IMG/VR virus record: IMGVR_UViG_3300005805_000046
Coordinates: 64,001 to 128,000 of that record
Direction: 5' to 3' (one strand)
DNA length: 64,000 nt
DNA from: a virus
Part shown: piece after piece, positions 47,491 to 57,778 of the stretch
Layout of the letters: each line of letters begins with the position of its first letter
How positions within the stretch are numbered: the stretch's first letter is position 1
The notes under the pieces: model-generated
Told to the model about the DNA's origin: nothing
Seen by the model: the letters and a program-made list of their open reading frames with translations, nothing else
Database searches by the model: none
Position numbers and translations under genes: made by a program

Positions 47491-47956
47491 TAAATTTAAA
47501 ATAATTATAGACACCAGAGAGCAACAGCCCTGGGAATTTCAAAATTGCGCTACAGCATCTCGTAAACTAGATACCGGAGACTATTCGGTAGAAGGATACG
47601 AAGATATTCTGTGTTTAGAGAGAAAAAAAAGCGTTAGCGAAATAGCCAATAACATTACTGAAAAAAGATTTAAAGATGTTATTGATAGAATGAAACTATA
47701 TAAGTATTCGTTTTTAATACTTGAATTTGATCTAGAAGATATTTTATCCTATCCAATAGGCAGCAATGTACCAAAGCATATGTGGAACAAGATAAAAATT
47801 TCTCCAGGATTCATACTAAAGCATATATTAGAACTTCAACTATATCATAATATTAAAGTATTATTTTGTGGATGTCCGACCAACGCAACAAAAATAGCAA
47901 CAGCTCTTATGAAAAAGGTATTTGAAATTGAAGAATCACGACAAGAAAATATTTGA
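47477..47956 (+). CDS. ERCC4-domain nuclease
   Basis: IIDTREQ, LDTGDY, LERK. Confidence 0.85.
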   Translation: MVDYNKFKIIIDTREQQPWEFQNCATASRKLDTGDYSVEGYEDILCLERKKSVSEIANNITEKRFKDVIDRMKLYKYSFLILEFDLEDILSYPIGSNVPKHMWNKIKISPGFILKHILELQLYHNIKVLFCGCPTNATKIATALMKKVFEIEESRQENI

Positions 47957-49955
47957 AGATGCCTGGTTAGGTTTAGGGGACCTATCTAAACTATCTATTG
48001 ATCACAACCAAATGATCAACAGAACCAAGGAAGATATAGAAAATCCAGATCTACACCTTTTGCGTCTTCTTAGAAATCCACTATATTTTGGTACCACATG
48101 CAAACTATTGTTTAATATAGAACTTCATCCTATACAGGTGGCCATTCTACAAGAGTTTTGGTATAGACCATTTCCAATGTTTATCGCAAGCCGAGGCTTC
48201 GGAAAATCATTCTTGATGGGTCTATACTGTACTCTTAAAAATATTTTAATTCCAGGAACCAAAGTGGTTGTGGTTGGAGCAGCATTTAGACAGAGTAAAT
48301 TAGTCTTTGAGTATATGGAAACACTATGGAGAAACAGCCCCATATTAAGAAGTATTTTTAGCGGAAATGATGACGGTCCACGCAGAGACGTTGATCGTTG
48401 TACAATGAGACTGGGAGACAGTTGGACCATTGCTATTCCTATGGGTGACGGAAGCAAAATTAGAGGTCTCAGAGCGCACATTATTATAGCGGACGAGTTT
48501 GCGTCTATTAGTCCTGATATCTATGAGACGGTTGTTTCGGGCTTCGCAGCGGTCTCAGCTAATCCAATACAAAACGTGAAAGAAGAAGCTAAAAAGAAAG
48601 CGATGTCTGATGTTGGACTATGGAACGAAGAACTAGAACAAGTACAAATTAAAAAGAATAACCAAGCTATTATCACTGGTACAGCAGACTACGCTTTTAA
48701 GCACTTTGCTCAGTACTGGAGAAGATACAAGGGCATTATTGAAAGCCAAGGAGATAAACAAAAACTCGAAGAGTTATTCAAAGGAGAAATACCAGATAGC
48801 TTTAATTGGAAAGATTACTCTATAATTAGAGTTCCGTACGAATTAATTCCCAAAGGCTTCATGGACGATAAACAGGTTTCAAGAGCCAAAGCCACGATTC
48901 ATACCGGAATATATAATATGGAATATGCCGCATGTTTTACTGCGGATAGCGACGGCTTCTTTAGAAGAAGCCTAATAGAAGCTTGTGTAACCAACCCAGC
49001 AGAGCCGATTGTTATTTCTGGCAAACCTATTATTTTTGAACCAATGATTACCGGTAATCCAGAGTGCAAATATGTATATGGCATAGATCCGGCGTCCGAA
49101 CAAGATAATTTTAGTATTGTAGTTTTAGAAATTAGACCAGATCATAATCGCATAGTGTACTGTTGGACAACTAATAGAAATAATTTTAAAGACAGACAAA
49201 AAACAGGACTAGTTAAAGAATACGATTTTTATGGATTTTGTGCTAGAAAAATACGCAACCTAATGAAAATATTTCCGTGTGCGCAGATAGGATTAGATGC
49301 CCAGGGAGGTGGAGTAGCTATTGAGGAAGCTTTGCACGATCCCTCAAAGCTAGAAGAAGGAGAAATACCGTTATGGCCAATCATAGACCCAAACAAAGAC
49401 AAAGACACAGATTCTCAAGCCGGACTTCATATTATTGAACTTGTACAGTTCGCCAAGGCCGATTGGACAGCTCAGGCTAATCACGGACTTAGAAAAGATT
49501 TTGAGGATAAAGTTTTATTATTCCCTAGATTCGATGCTCTTAGTCTAGGTTTAGCTTTAGACACAGAAGGCAAAGATATACTAGACAGTAATTTAAGTCC
49601 TGTTTATGATACATTAAGCGAATGCATACTAGAAATAGAAGAATTGAAAAACGAATTGACCACTATAGTAATGACTCAAACCAGTACTGGTCCAAACGCG
49701 AGAGATAGATGGGACACTCCAGAGGTAAAGTTGCCAAATGGAAAAAAAGGAAGACTAAGAAAAGATAGATATAGTGCTTTATTAATAGCCAATATGATTG
49801 CTCGTCAAATGCAAAGAGCTTTTGCTCCTCCTTCGTATGAAATTGTAGGAGGTAATTCTAAGGACATGGTTAAGCAAGACGGCCAAATGTATAAAGGTCC
49901 TGAATGGTTTACTTCAGAAGTTAATGACGCAATATATCAAGGTATATATAAATAA
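47922..49955 (+). CDS. terminase large subunit
   Basis: ASRGFGKS Walker A, IRGLR, IIIADE Walker B, YGIDPA nuclease, KDRYSA. Confidence 0.93.
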   Translation: MKLKNHDKKIFEDAWLGLGDLSKLSIDHNQMINRTKEDIENPDLHLLRLLRNPLYFGTTCKLLFNIELHPIQVAILQEFWYRPFPMFIASRGFGKSFLMGLYCTLKNILIPGTKVVVVGAAFRQSKLVFEYMETLWRNSPILRSIFSGNDDGPRRDVDRCTMRLGDSWTIAIPMGDGSKIRGLRAHIIIADEFASISPDIYETVVSGFAAVSANPIQNVKEEAKKKAMSDVGLWNEELEQVQIKKNNQAIITGTADYAFKHFAQYWRRYKGIIESQGDKQKLEELFKGEIPDSFNWKDYSIIRVPYELIPKGFMDDKQVSRAKATIHTGIYNMEYAACFTADSDGFFRRSLIEACVTNPAEPIVISGKPIIFEPMITGNPECKYVYGIDPASEQDNFSIVVLEIRPDHNRIVYCWTTNRNNFKDRQKTGLVKEYDFYGFCARKIRNLMKIFPCAQIGLDAQGGGVAIEEALHDPSKLEEGEIPLWPIIDPNKDKDTDSQAGLHIIELVQFAKADWTAQANHGLRKDFEDKVLLFPRFDALSLGLALDTEGKDILDSNLSPVYDTLSECILEIEELKNELTTIVMTQTSTGPNARDRWDTPEVKLPNGKKGRLRKDRYSALLIANMIARQMQRAFAPPSYEIVGGNSKDMVKQDGQMYKGPEWFTSEVNDAIYQGIYK

Positions 49956-49963
49956 GGTGTATA
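49956..49963 (+). promoter_or_regulatory. putative late promoter motif GGTGTAT (also 52179, 53008, 55280, 58706; variants 44552, 62320, 2569)
   Basis: Recurs about 25-70 bp upstream of structural gene starts. Confidence 0.65.
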
Positions 49964-50013
49964 CAGTAATCGTAATGCGATTCTATTACAATAGAACTAT
50001 ATAAAATATAATT

Positions 50014-52200
50014 ATGGCCAAAAAAAGATATCCAAAAAGCTCAGCTATAGAAAATGCCTCTCTAGACAAGTCAGAAGCGTATGTAACGTGGGATGACTCA
50101 CTAGAAAATAAAAAGGCCGCTTTAAGCGAGTCATCTGAATCTCTATCAGAGTTTACGCTAGTTCAGAAAAGTACAGCATCTCGCTATCGTGGCAGCTATT
50201 CCAAATTAGACGGAAACACATCTGGCAGACCAGGGTATCTAAGATCGGATTATGATTTTTTTAGACCCGAAGAGTCGGTCCCAAGAGAAACAAAAGCGAT
50301 TATTCGTAGAGCAGAAGATATTTATCAGCGAGTTGGTCTTGTAAAAAACGTTATTGATCTCATGGGAGACTTTGCAGTACAGGGAATTAAACTCGTTCAT
50401 CCAAATAAAAGAATAGAAAAATTCTATCGTCATTGGTTCAAGAAAGTGAACGGTAAAGATCGTAGCGAAAGATTTCTAAATAATATTTATAAAACCGGAA
50501 ATGTTGTTATTAATAGGCAAACAGGAAAACTAAGCGTAAAGGTTGCCGATAAACTTTATCAGTCTATAGCTTCTCCAGACCTACAGGTAACCGAACTAGA
50601 TAGCACAAGAGTTGAAAAACGAGAAATTCCATGGAAATATACATTTATTGATCCAACCGTGGTAGAGGTAGCCGCTGGTTCCTTATCTTCTTTTGTACAA
50701 GATAAAAAATATGAGTTGCTAATTCCCGCTTCTCTTCGTAAGCTCATCAACTCGCCCAAAACAGAAGCAGAAAGACAAGTCGTATCACAGCTTCCGCTTC
50801 AAATTCTTGAAGCAGCAAAAAACAAAAAACCATATCCTCTTGATCCAGAAAAAACAATAGTTTTTCACTACAAAAAAGACGATTGGCAGACTTGGGCATA
50901 TCCCATGATATACGCTATTATGGACGATATTACGGTTATCGAAAAATTAAAATTAGCAGACATGTCAGCGCTCGATGGGGCCATCAGTAACATTCGTATA
51001 TTTAAACTTGGTAGCTTAGAACACAAAATTGCTCCAACTAGAGCAGCGACAGCTAAATTAGCTAGCATATTAGAAAATAACGTCGGCGGAGGAACAATGG
51101 ATCTGATTTGGGGTCCGGATATTGAGCTAATAGAAAGTAACACAAATGTTCATCAATTTCTTGGAGAAAGTAAATATATACCACATCTAAATTCTGTTTA
51201 TGCTGGACTCGGAATACCTCCAACATTAACAGGAACGTTCGGCGCTGCTGGAACAACAAATAATTTTATTTCCCTAAAAACACTTACACAAAGACTTCAG
51301 TACGGAAGAGATATTGTGGTACAGTTTTGGGAAAAAGAAATTGCTCTAGTACAAAAAGCTATGGGATTTAGATATCCAGCTAAAATCGAGTTTGACAGAA
51401 TGGATTTATCCAATGAAGACGCAGAAAAAGCATTGCTAGTGCAACTAGCAGACAGAAATCTAATTAGCGATGAATTACTACAAACTAAATTTGGTATTGA
51501 TCCCGAGATGGAAAAATCTAGATTAAATAGAGAAGTAAAGGAAAGACAAAGCAATAGAATGATTAAAAAGGCCGGACCTTGGCACGATCCTCAATTTGAA
51601 AACTCTCTCAAGAAGATTGCGTTACAAGGAGGCACAGCTACTCCAAGTCAAGTGGGGTTGATGCTAGAAAAGAAAAAAGCTGGAGAAAAAACGGCCCTTG
51701 AAATGAGGGCGGCAACTAGCCCAACGAAGTTGGCTAACGATTCGTCAGAATCGTTGCCAAAAGAATCAGGCGATGGTAGGCCAAAACTTTCCAAGGACCA
51801 ACAGAAAAGAAAGACCAAAACTTTTACCCCACAAACCGGGGCAAGTCTATTAATTTGGGCGTCCGAAGCACAAGAAAAAATTTCTAGTATTATTAATCCA
51901 GTACTTTTAGACTTTTATCAAAAGAAAAATTTAAGAAGCCTATCTAAAGAAGAAACCGACGAAGCCGATAGTATTAAAACAAAAATATTATTCAGCTTTC
52001 AGCCATTTTCCACGATAGACCCCGACATAATCCAATCAACCCTTTCCTGCATCAATTCTAAAGACCATAATATTATTATGAATGCATATTCTTCTTGGCT
52101 AAATGATCTTAAAAGAGAAATGAATAGGGAATTATCTGTAGAGGAAACTAAACAAGCCAAGGCCTCTTTTTATTCTTCGGTGTATTCTAAAGAAATCTAG
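50014..52200 (+). CDS. portal protein
   Basis: Follows TerL; size; IVFHYKKD and GLGIPP portal-like motifs. Confidence 0.75.
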   Translation: MAKKRYPKSSAIENASLDKSEAYVTWDDSLENKKAALSESSESLSEFTLVQKSTASRYRGSYSKLDGNTSGRPGYLRSDYDFFRPEESVPRETKAIIRRAEDIYQRVGLVKNVIDLMGDFAVQGIKLVHPNKRIEKFYRHWFKKVNGKDRSERFLNNIYKTGNVVINRQTGKLSVKVADKLYQSIASPDLQVTELDSTRVEKREIPWKYTFIDPTVVEVAAGSLSSFVQDKKYELLIPASLRKLINSPKTEAERQVVSQLPLQILEAAKNKKPYPLDPEKTIVFHYKKDDWQTWAYPMIYAIMDDITVIEKLKLADMSALDGAISNIRIFKLGSLEHKIAPTRAATAKLASILENNVGGGTMDLIWGPDIELIESNTNVHQFLGESKYIPHLNSVYAGLGIPPTLTGTFGAAGTTNNFISLKTLTQRLQYGRDIVVQFWEKEIALVQKAMGFRYPAKIEFDRMDLSNEDAEKALLVQLADRNLISDELLQTKFGIDPEMEKSRLNREVKERQSNRMIKKAGPWHDPQFENSLKKIALQGGTATPSQVGLMLEKKKAGEKTALEMRAATSPTKLANDSSESLPKESGDGRPKLSKDQQKRKTKTFTPQTGASLLIWASEAQEKISSIINPVLLDFYQKKNLRSLSKEETDEADSIKTKILFSFQPFSTIDPDIIQSTLSCINSKDHNIIMNAYSSWLNDLKREMNRELSVEETKQAKASFYSSVYSKEI

Positions 52201-52224
52201 TTTCCACAACAAGGGAATGATATT

Positions 52225-53703
52225 ATGCATATTTTTGAACAAGAAAAATTAGACGGTATAGCAGAGAAAATCATCGCCTCAGCATCCGTTTCTTATGCTT
52301 CTGTTGCGGAGCCGTGTTCCGCTACGTCTTCTCTCAGACGTATTAAAAGCCTAGCTTCTATAGACGACAGCGATTTATACTATGTGCAATCCATTCTTGT
52401 AAGTTCCTCGTGGAATAAAAATGACGATATCTTTGATAAAGAAGAGATATGGGCAGCTAGAAATACTCCAGAAGACAAACCAACAAATCTAGAGCATGAC
52501 GAATCTACAATTATTGGTCATATTACCTCCAACTGGCCCATTACCGTAGACGGCATACTGATTGATGAGAACACAGACGTTGCTAATCTGCCGGATAAAT
52601 ATCATATTTTAACCGGATCAGTAATATATAAGGCTTTTTCTAGTCCAGAGCTACAAGCCAGAGCATCTCAATTAATTCAAGAAATCGAAGACGGCGAAAA
52701 GTTTGTTAGCATGGAATGTTTCTTTAAAAATTTTGATTATGGTCTTATAGACCAAAGTACTGGAACATATACTGTTTTACCGAGAAACGAAGCAACCGCA
52801 CACCTTACCAAACATCTTCGAGCTTACGGCGGTACCGGCGAACATCAAAACTTTAAGATAGGCAGAGTACTTAAAAATATTACTTTTTCCGGTAAGGGTT
52901 TCGTTAACAGACCAGCTAATCCGGACAGTATAATCTTTAGTAAAAACTTGATTTCCGAAAATCAAACTCAAGCCTCAAAAAGAAAAAATGACAATTTTGC
53001 GATATCGGGTGTATTTAATAATCAGTCTAACCTTAATGTGGAGAATTATACCATGAGTCTAGATAAAGAAACGACAGATCAGCCTGAAGTAGTTGTAAAC
53101 GAAGTTGCTCCTATGCAAGAAGCACAGGCCCTACTCGTTGCCGAACTTCAGGATAAGATTGTCGCTCTAGAAGCAACAATACAAAGTAAAGATACCGAAG
53201 TCCTCACCTTGAAAGCCTCGTACGATGAGCTAGTCTCTTTGACCGAGGCCTCCAAGACAGCATCTGCTGAGGAGATCCAAAAGATTAAGTCAGAATTAGA
53301 GGCCGCTCTCGAAGTTCTTGCTGCGTACAAGAACAAAGAAGAAGAAATGATGAAGCAAGAGAAGAAGAACAAAAGAATGGCTTCTCTCATCGAGGCTGGC
53401 GTCGATAGCGCCGTGGCTTTAACTACGCTTGACAAGTTTGATTCATTAGATGACAATGCCTTCGAAGCTCTCACCTCTCTATTTGCAGCAAAGAAAACAA
53501 ATAAAGAGGAAGAAGAGATGCCGAAAAAGGAAAAGGCTTCTAACGAAATGATCGATACCGATTCTTTAGAAAAGGTTGAGATTGAGAACGACATTAATCT
53601 AGGTGTAGCTGGCGATGCAGAAGCAGAAGTTCAGACCACCAGAGCGGCTTTAGTTGAATTTGTTTGTCACAGATTAGGCAAAAATATTAATAAGGGAGAA
53701 TAA
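52225..53703 (+). CDS. prohead protease-scaffold fusion
   Basis: NKNDD.F, N.EHD, VSMEC, V.RPANP; acidic coiled-coil C-terminus; internal ATG 53053. Confidence 0.75.
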   Translation: MHIFEQEKLDGIAEKIIASASVSYASVAEPCSATSSLRRIKSLASIDDSDLYYVQSILVSSSWNKNDDIFDKEEIWAARNTPEDKPTNLEHDESTIIGHITSNWPITVDGILIDENTDVANLPDKYHILTGSVIYKAFSSPELQARASQLIQEIEDGEKFVSMECFFKNFDYGLIDQSTGTYTVLPRNEATAHLTKHLRAYGGTGEHQNFKIGRVLKNITFSGKGFVNRPANPDSIIFSKNLISENQTQASKRKNDNFAISGVFNNQSNLNVENYTMSLDKETTDQPEVVVNEVAPMQEAQALLVAELQDKIVALEATIQSKDTEVLTLKASYDELVSLTEASKTASAEEIQKIKSELEAALEVLAAYKNKEEEMMKQEKKNKRMASLIEAGVDSAVALTTLDKFDSLDDNAFEALTSLFAAKKTNKEEEEMPKKEKASNEMIDTDSLEKVEIENDINLGVAGDAEAEVQTTRAALVEFVCHRLGKNINKGE

Positions 53704-53705
53704 CA

Positions 53706-54161
53706 ATGGCTCTTAAATCAGATCGTGTTGAAAAACTAACAGATATTTCATTCTTCATGAATACCGTGGCAGAGAGAGGCGGCGTAGTGTCCGTCGTATC
53801 AACTGGCGCCGGAGTATCTATGGATGATGCAAACGCCGTCGTAGGCTATGCAGCAGTTGCTAGTGGCGCTAAGCCAGTTGGCGTATTGCTAAATGACGTT
53901 GTGAATCTTGATCTCACCAGACAGCACATCAATTGGCACAAGGACGAGGTGCAGCTTGGTGGTAAGGTAACCGTTCTACGTCAAGGTCATGTCACAACCA
54001 ACATGTTAGTGAGTGGCGTTACACCATCGGCTGGTGATAGTGCTTACGTAGATGCCAATGGTCTTATCGGTACTTCAAGTACAAACGCCGTCAAAGTCGG
54101 CCAGTTCTTGAGTGCTAAAGATGCAGATGGTTACGCAAAAGTCTCTGTAAATATTGCTTAA
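53706..54161 (+). CDS. head decoration / minor capsid protein
   Basis: Gly/Val-rich beta protein between scaffold and MCP. Confidence 0.65.
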   Translation: MALKSDRVEKLTDISFFMNTVAERGGVVSVVSTGAGVSMDDANAVVGYAAVASGAKPVGVLLNDVVNLDLTRQHINWHKDEVQLGGKVTVLRQGHVTTNMLVSGVTPSAGDSAYVDANGLIGTSSTNAVKVGQFLSAKDADGYAKVSVNIA

Positions 54162-54188
54162 GTTTTAAATACATAAAGGGAGAAAAAC

Positions 54189-55199
54189 ATGTCAGGCAAC
54201 ACTAAAGTATTTCAACCAACACCCGAACTAACAGATCTTCTTGTTCGTTCTGGTTCGCTTAAGAAAGAAGAGGCTCTTGCCGCCAATGCTGAATTTGCAA
54301 AGGCTCTTGAGCTTCCACTTCGTCAGGGCGTACTTAATGGCGACATTCTAGATGGCATCTTCGAGCCAATTCAGCTCCAGCAGGGTGCTACTCCAGAATT
54401 TCCTCTAGATTTTCTTGCTCCTGGCACCGAAAAAGATTTCGTTGCCTACACCATCCCCAACCACGGGTACATTCCAGAGAGACACGTTGAAGGCGATTAC
54501 GTCATGGTCCCAACCTATGACATCGGCGCCTCAATCGACTATCTCCTAAAGTATGCTCGCGATGCTCGTTGGGACGTAGTTGGTCGTGCAATGGAAGTTT
54601 TAGAGGCTTCTTTTGTTAAGAAGATGAACGACGACGGTTGGCACACTCTCTTAGCCGCTTCTGTTGATCGCAACATTGTGGTATATGATAGCGATGCTGC
54701 TGCTGGTCAGTTCACCAAGCGTCTCGTCAGTTTGATGAAGACCGTGATGCGTAGAAACGGTGGCGGTAATTCGGCTAGTAATAACCGAGGCTTACTCACC
54801 GACCTATACGTTTCACCAGAGGCTATGGAAGACATTCGTAGCTGGGGTCTTGATCAGGTTGATGAAGTTACTCGTCGTGAAATCTATACAGCTGCTGACG
54901 GTACCCTAAACCGTATCTTTGGCGTAAATCTTCATGATCGAGACGAACTAGGCGAAGGTCAAGAGTATCAGCTGTTCTACAGCAACGTGCTACAAGGCAC
55001 TCTTGGTCCATCGGATGCCGAGATCGTTGTCGGTCTAGATCTTCGCAAGAGAGACAGCTTCATAATGCCAGTTCGTGAACAGGTTCAAATCTTCGAGGAC
55101 GATACATTACATCGTCAGAAGAGAGCCGGCTTCTACGGCTGGGCGGAGCAGGGCTTTGCGGTTCTAGATAACCGTAGAGTACTACTCGGTTCTCTCTAA
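54189..55199 (+). CDS. major capsid protein
   Basis: Position, size, biased codon usage, HK97-like C-terminus GFYGWAEQGFAVLD, terminator after. Confidence 0.85.
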   Translation: MSGNTKVFQPTPELTDLLVRSGSLKKEEALAANAEFAKALELPLRQGVLNGDILDGIFEPIQLQQGATPEFPLDFLAPGTEKDFVAYTIPNHGYIPERHVEGDYVMVPTYDIGASIDYLLKYARDARWDVVGRAMEVLEASFVKKMNDDGWHTLLAASVDRNIVVYDSDAAAGQFTKRLVSLMKTVMRRNGGGNSASNNRGLLTDLYVSPEAMEDIRSWGLDQVDEVTRREIYTAADGTLNRIFGVNLHDRDELGEGQEYQLFYSNVLQGTLGPSDAEIVVGLDLRKRDSFIMPVREQVQIFEDDTLHRQKRAGFYGWAEQGFAVLDNRRVLLGSL

Positions 55200-55230
55200 T
55201 TTAGATTTTCAACTATAGCTTTTCAAAGAT

Positions 55231-55264
55231 AGGGCTAGGAGCATATCCTGGCCCTTCTTTTTTT
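55231..55264 (+). terminator. intrinsic terminator after MCP
   Basis: AGGGCTAGGA/TCCTGGCCCT + T tract. Confidence 0.85.
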
Positions 55265-55340
55265 ATATATACATAAAAGGGTGTATTAAGAAGAGTATGA
55301 TCTCATATGTTTTTTGTTCATCTTAAAAGGGTCATTATTT

Positions 55341-55862
55341 ATGAGCTGGCAAATTGAAATACCTATTATTGTACGAACCCTTATTAATGATGTTGGAGAC
55401 CAATTGGTTTATAGTGACGAGCGTCTTTTGCAGGTGATCGCCGTAGCGGCTAAATACGTTCAATTTGACGTTGTATTAGACCATGCTTATAGCGTAGATG
55501 TTGCAAACAACGCTATTAGCCCGGATCCTACAGTAGACAGAGACGAAATTTTTATTAGTCTGGTTTCTCTTAAAGCCGCTTGTATTGTAGATCAAAGCAC
55601 TTTCAGAACCAAGGCCGCTATGGAGGGCATTAGAGCCTCTCTAGGCCCGGCTAGTTTAAATGTGAGTGGCAGCCTTAGTGGATTAAAAACCATCCTAGAT
55701 CAAGGCCCATGTGCTCTGTATGAAGAGCTTACCAGTCACTGGGATGTGAAAGACGCTACTGCTGTTAGAGCTATTCTTAGTCCCTTTGTTGGTAATAATT
55801 TTGATCCTAGCAGACTTGGTATCAATGTTACAGATGCTAGAGACAGAGGCTTTTTCTCATAG
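55341..55862 (+). CDS. putative head-tail adaptor
   Basis: VRTLIND...YSDERL pattern; position after MCP. Confidence 0.6.
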   Translation: MSWQIEIPIIVRTLINDVGDQLVYSDERLLQVIAVAAKYVQFDVVLDHAYSVDVANNAISPDPTVDRDEIFISLVSLKAACIVDQSTFRTKAAMEGIRASLGPASLNVSGSLSGLKTILDQGPCALYEELTSHWDVKDATAVRAILSPFVGNNFDPSRLGINVTDARDRGFFS

Positions 55863-55871
55863 GAATAAAAT

Positions 55872-56309
55872 ATGGCAGCCACAGAATATAATTTTTCTAT
55901 TAGTAATGGTAAAGCATACTATATAGCATTTGACTATAAAGATAATAATCAACAAATCATTAATCTAACTAATTGGTGCGCTAGATTAAGCATACAGCCT
56001 TCGGATGGAAGTAGTCGAATTACTTATCTAACAGACAATACTAATTCCGACTATAGTTTTGTTATTCATCCAGATATTGGTAGAATCGTTTTGAAGCTAC
56101 CATCAAGCACCACATCGTCCTTTGGATTTGCTAATGCTCTTTATGACTTAGATCTTAAAGCTCCAAATGAACTATACTCGGGCTCAGGTGCTCAAATTAT
56201 ACCTTTACTAAAAGGCACTATTACAATTTTATTCTCGAACGTTGTCAACCCAGAACCATTCGATTGCAATATCTCTTCTGCTTCGGATCCGTGTTCCAAT
56301 TGTGAGTAG
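55872..56309 (+). CDS. virion structural protein (BppU-N / Ig-like)
   Basis: INLTNW.AR, GRIVLKL, YDLDL, LLKGTI. Confidence 0.55.
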   Translation: MAATEYNFSISNGKAYYIAFDYKDNNQQIINLTNWCARLSIQPSDGSSRITYLTDNTNSDYSFVIHPDIGRIVLKLPSSTTSSFGFANALYDLDLKAPNELYSGSGAQIIPLLKGTITILFSNVVNPEPFDCNISSASDPCSNCE

Positions 56310-56317
56310 GGCTATAT

Positions 56318-56608
56318 ATGGCAGAATCATTTATTATTGTAAATCAGAGCGCTAATAATGTTGTGATTACAAACTCCGATCCAGCGTCGGAGTCTGTAAT
56401 TACTCAGAATTTAGTAGTTTCTTCTGATCCAATAATTCAGATCGTAAGTCCAAATACTAATCCAGGCATCAGCACATTAGCAACATCTGAGCCGCCAGCA
56501 GCCAACAATTCACCAGGATATGCTGGCGAAATTAGGTTTGATAATAATTTTATTTATCTATGTATTGTTAATAATACATGGAAAAAGGTATCACTACAGG
56601 ATATATAA
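56318..56608 (+). CDS. small structural protein with fibre-type motif
   Basis: G.AGEIRFD.NFIYLC...NTWK. Confidence 0.55.
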   Translation: MAESFIIVNQSANNVVITNSDPASESVITQNLVVSSDPIIQIVSPNTNPGISTLATSEPPAANNSPGYAGEIRFDNNFIYLCIVNNTWKKVSLQDI

Positions 56609-56609
56609 T

Positions 56610-57137
56610 ATGAGCAATCCATTCTCTGGACTTATTAGTGCTAACTTTAAAAATACTTTTACCAATGCTATAGATAGCTTGCTAGAGATAGGTTCTTTGA
56701 CCACACCATGCAAATTATACTATAATAGCTCTAAAGAGACACTATGTTACAATTGCATATTTGATCCAATAACAGATATGTCTTCTGGCAGGTTTAACAG
56801 TTATGGTGGAACGGTAGAGTTCGCAGAAGGCTCAGTTTGTCCTGTTTGCATGGGCTTAGGAAAAAAGATAGAAGAGACTACCGAAATAGTACACATGGCA
56901 GTTATACTAGACAGCAAGCACTGGCTCAATACTGGTCCGGATTTTATTCAGGCCCCAAATATAGCTGCTCAAACACTCTGCAAAGTAGAGCTAACTAGCA
57001 AAATTAATAATGCCACCCACATGGTATTATTAGACAATAGTGCGTATGATAATTCTAGATATGCTAGATCTGGCTTTCCGACCATGATGGGACTAGGTTC
57101 TCATAACTATATTTTAGTAAACTGGATTAAGGCATGA
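56610..57137 (+). CDS. putative head closure / neck protein
   Basis: CYNC...CPVC.GLG; position. Confidence 0.5.
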   Translation: MSNPFSGLISANFKNTFTNAIDSLLEIGSLTTPCKLYYNSSKETLCYNCIFDPITDMSSGRFNSYGGTVEFAEGSVCPVCMGLGKKIEETTEIVHMAVILDSKHWLNTGPDFIQAPNIAAQTLCKVELTSKINNATHMVLLDNSAYDNSRYARSGFPTMMGLGSHNYILVNWIKA

Positions 57138-57778
57138 GAGTTAGTCTGAAAATTATCGAAACAGATGCGCAGATCAGACAAGAAATTTTAAAAGCTCTGG
57201 CTCCAGAGATAGATAGAGCCATTGGTCGTAGTGTTTTATATATCAAAAATAGGCTTGTAGGAGTAATCAAATCTTCTTTAATTAAAGAGCCAGAGTACTC
57301 TTCTTTGATTAGTGGACAACTAAAATATGAATTAGGCATAGCTAATAGTAGCACCGTCGATAGAGTTATAGACGCTGTTTTACAAACGGTTCGTGTTTCT
57401 TATAATAAAGCTACTGTAGCGCCGAATGGAATAAAGGGAGGATTGTCTATTACGGTATTGAGCGGAGAAGATGTTCGAGGTTTAATCAAAACGGACATAG
57501 CCTCGGTTTTTGATGATGATGGATATTATTTACCTTGGCTAGAATGGCTATTATTAAAAGGTACCTCGCCACTAGTCAAAAAATTTGAAGTTAAACTAGG
57601 CACTAACTCCAGGTCTAGAACAGGCAACGCTATTATGGTTAGTTCAACAACGAACTGGTCCGTACCGTCGTCTTTCGCAGGAACGGAAACAAATAACTGG
57701 TTCACCAGAGCGCTAAATAGAATTAATAATGCCGATATACAAAACATTATACAACAAGAAATAGAAAAAAGAATATGA
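57134..57778 (+). CDS. putative neck / tail completion protein
   Basis: Position; PWLEWL..G. Confidence 0.45.
   Translation: MRVSLKIIETDAQIRQEILKALAPEIDRAIGRSVLYIKNRLVGVIKSSLIKEPEYSSLISGQLKYELGIANSSTVDRVIDAVLQTVRVSYNKATVAPNGIKGGLSITVLSGEDVRGLIKTDIASVFDDDGYYLPWLEWLLLKGTSPLVKKFEVKLGTNSRSRTGNAIMVSSTTNWSVPSSFAGTETNNWFTRALNRINNADIQNIIQQEIEKRI

Noticed and set aside
47922-49955. Intein or intron in terminase
   Set aside because: Continuous ORF with no intein splice motifs or LAGLIDADG block seen.
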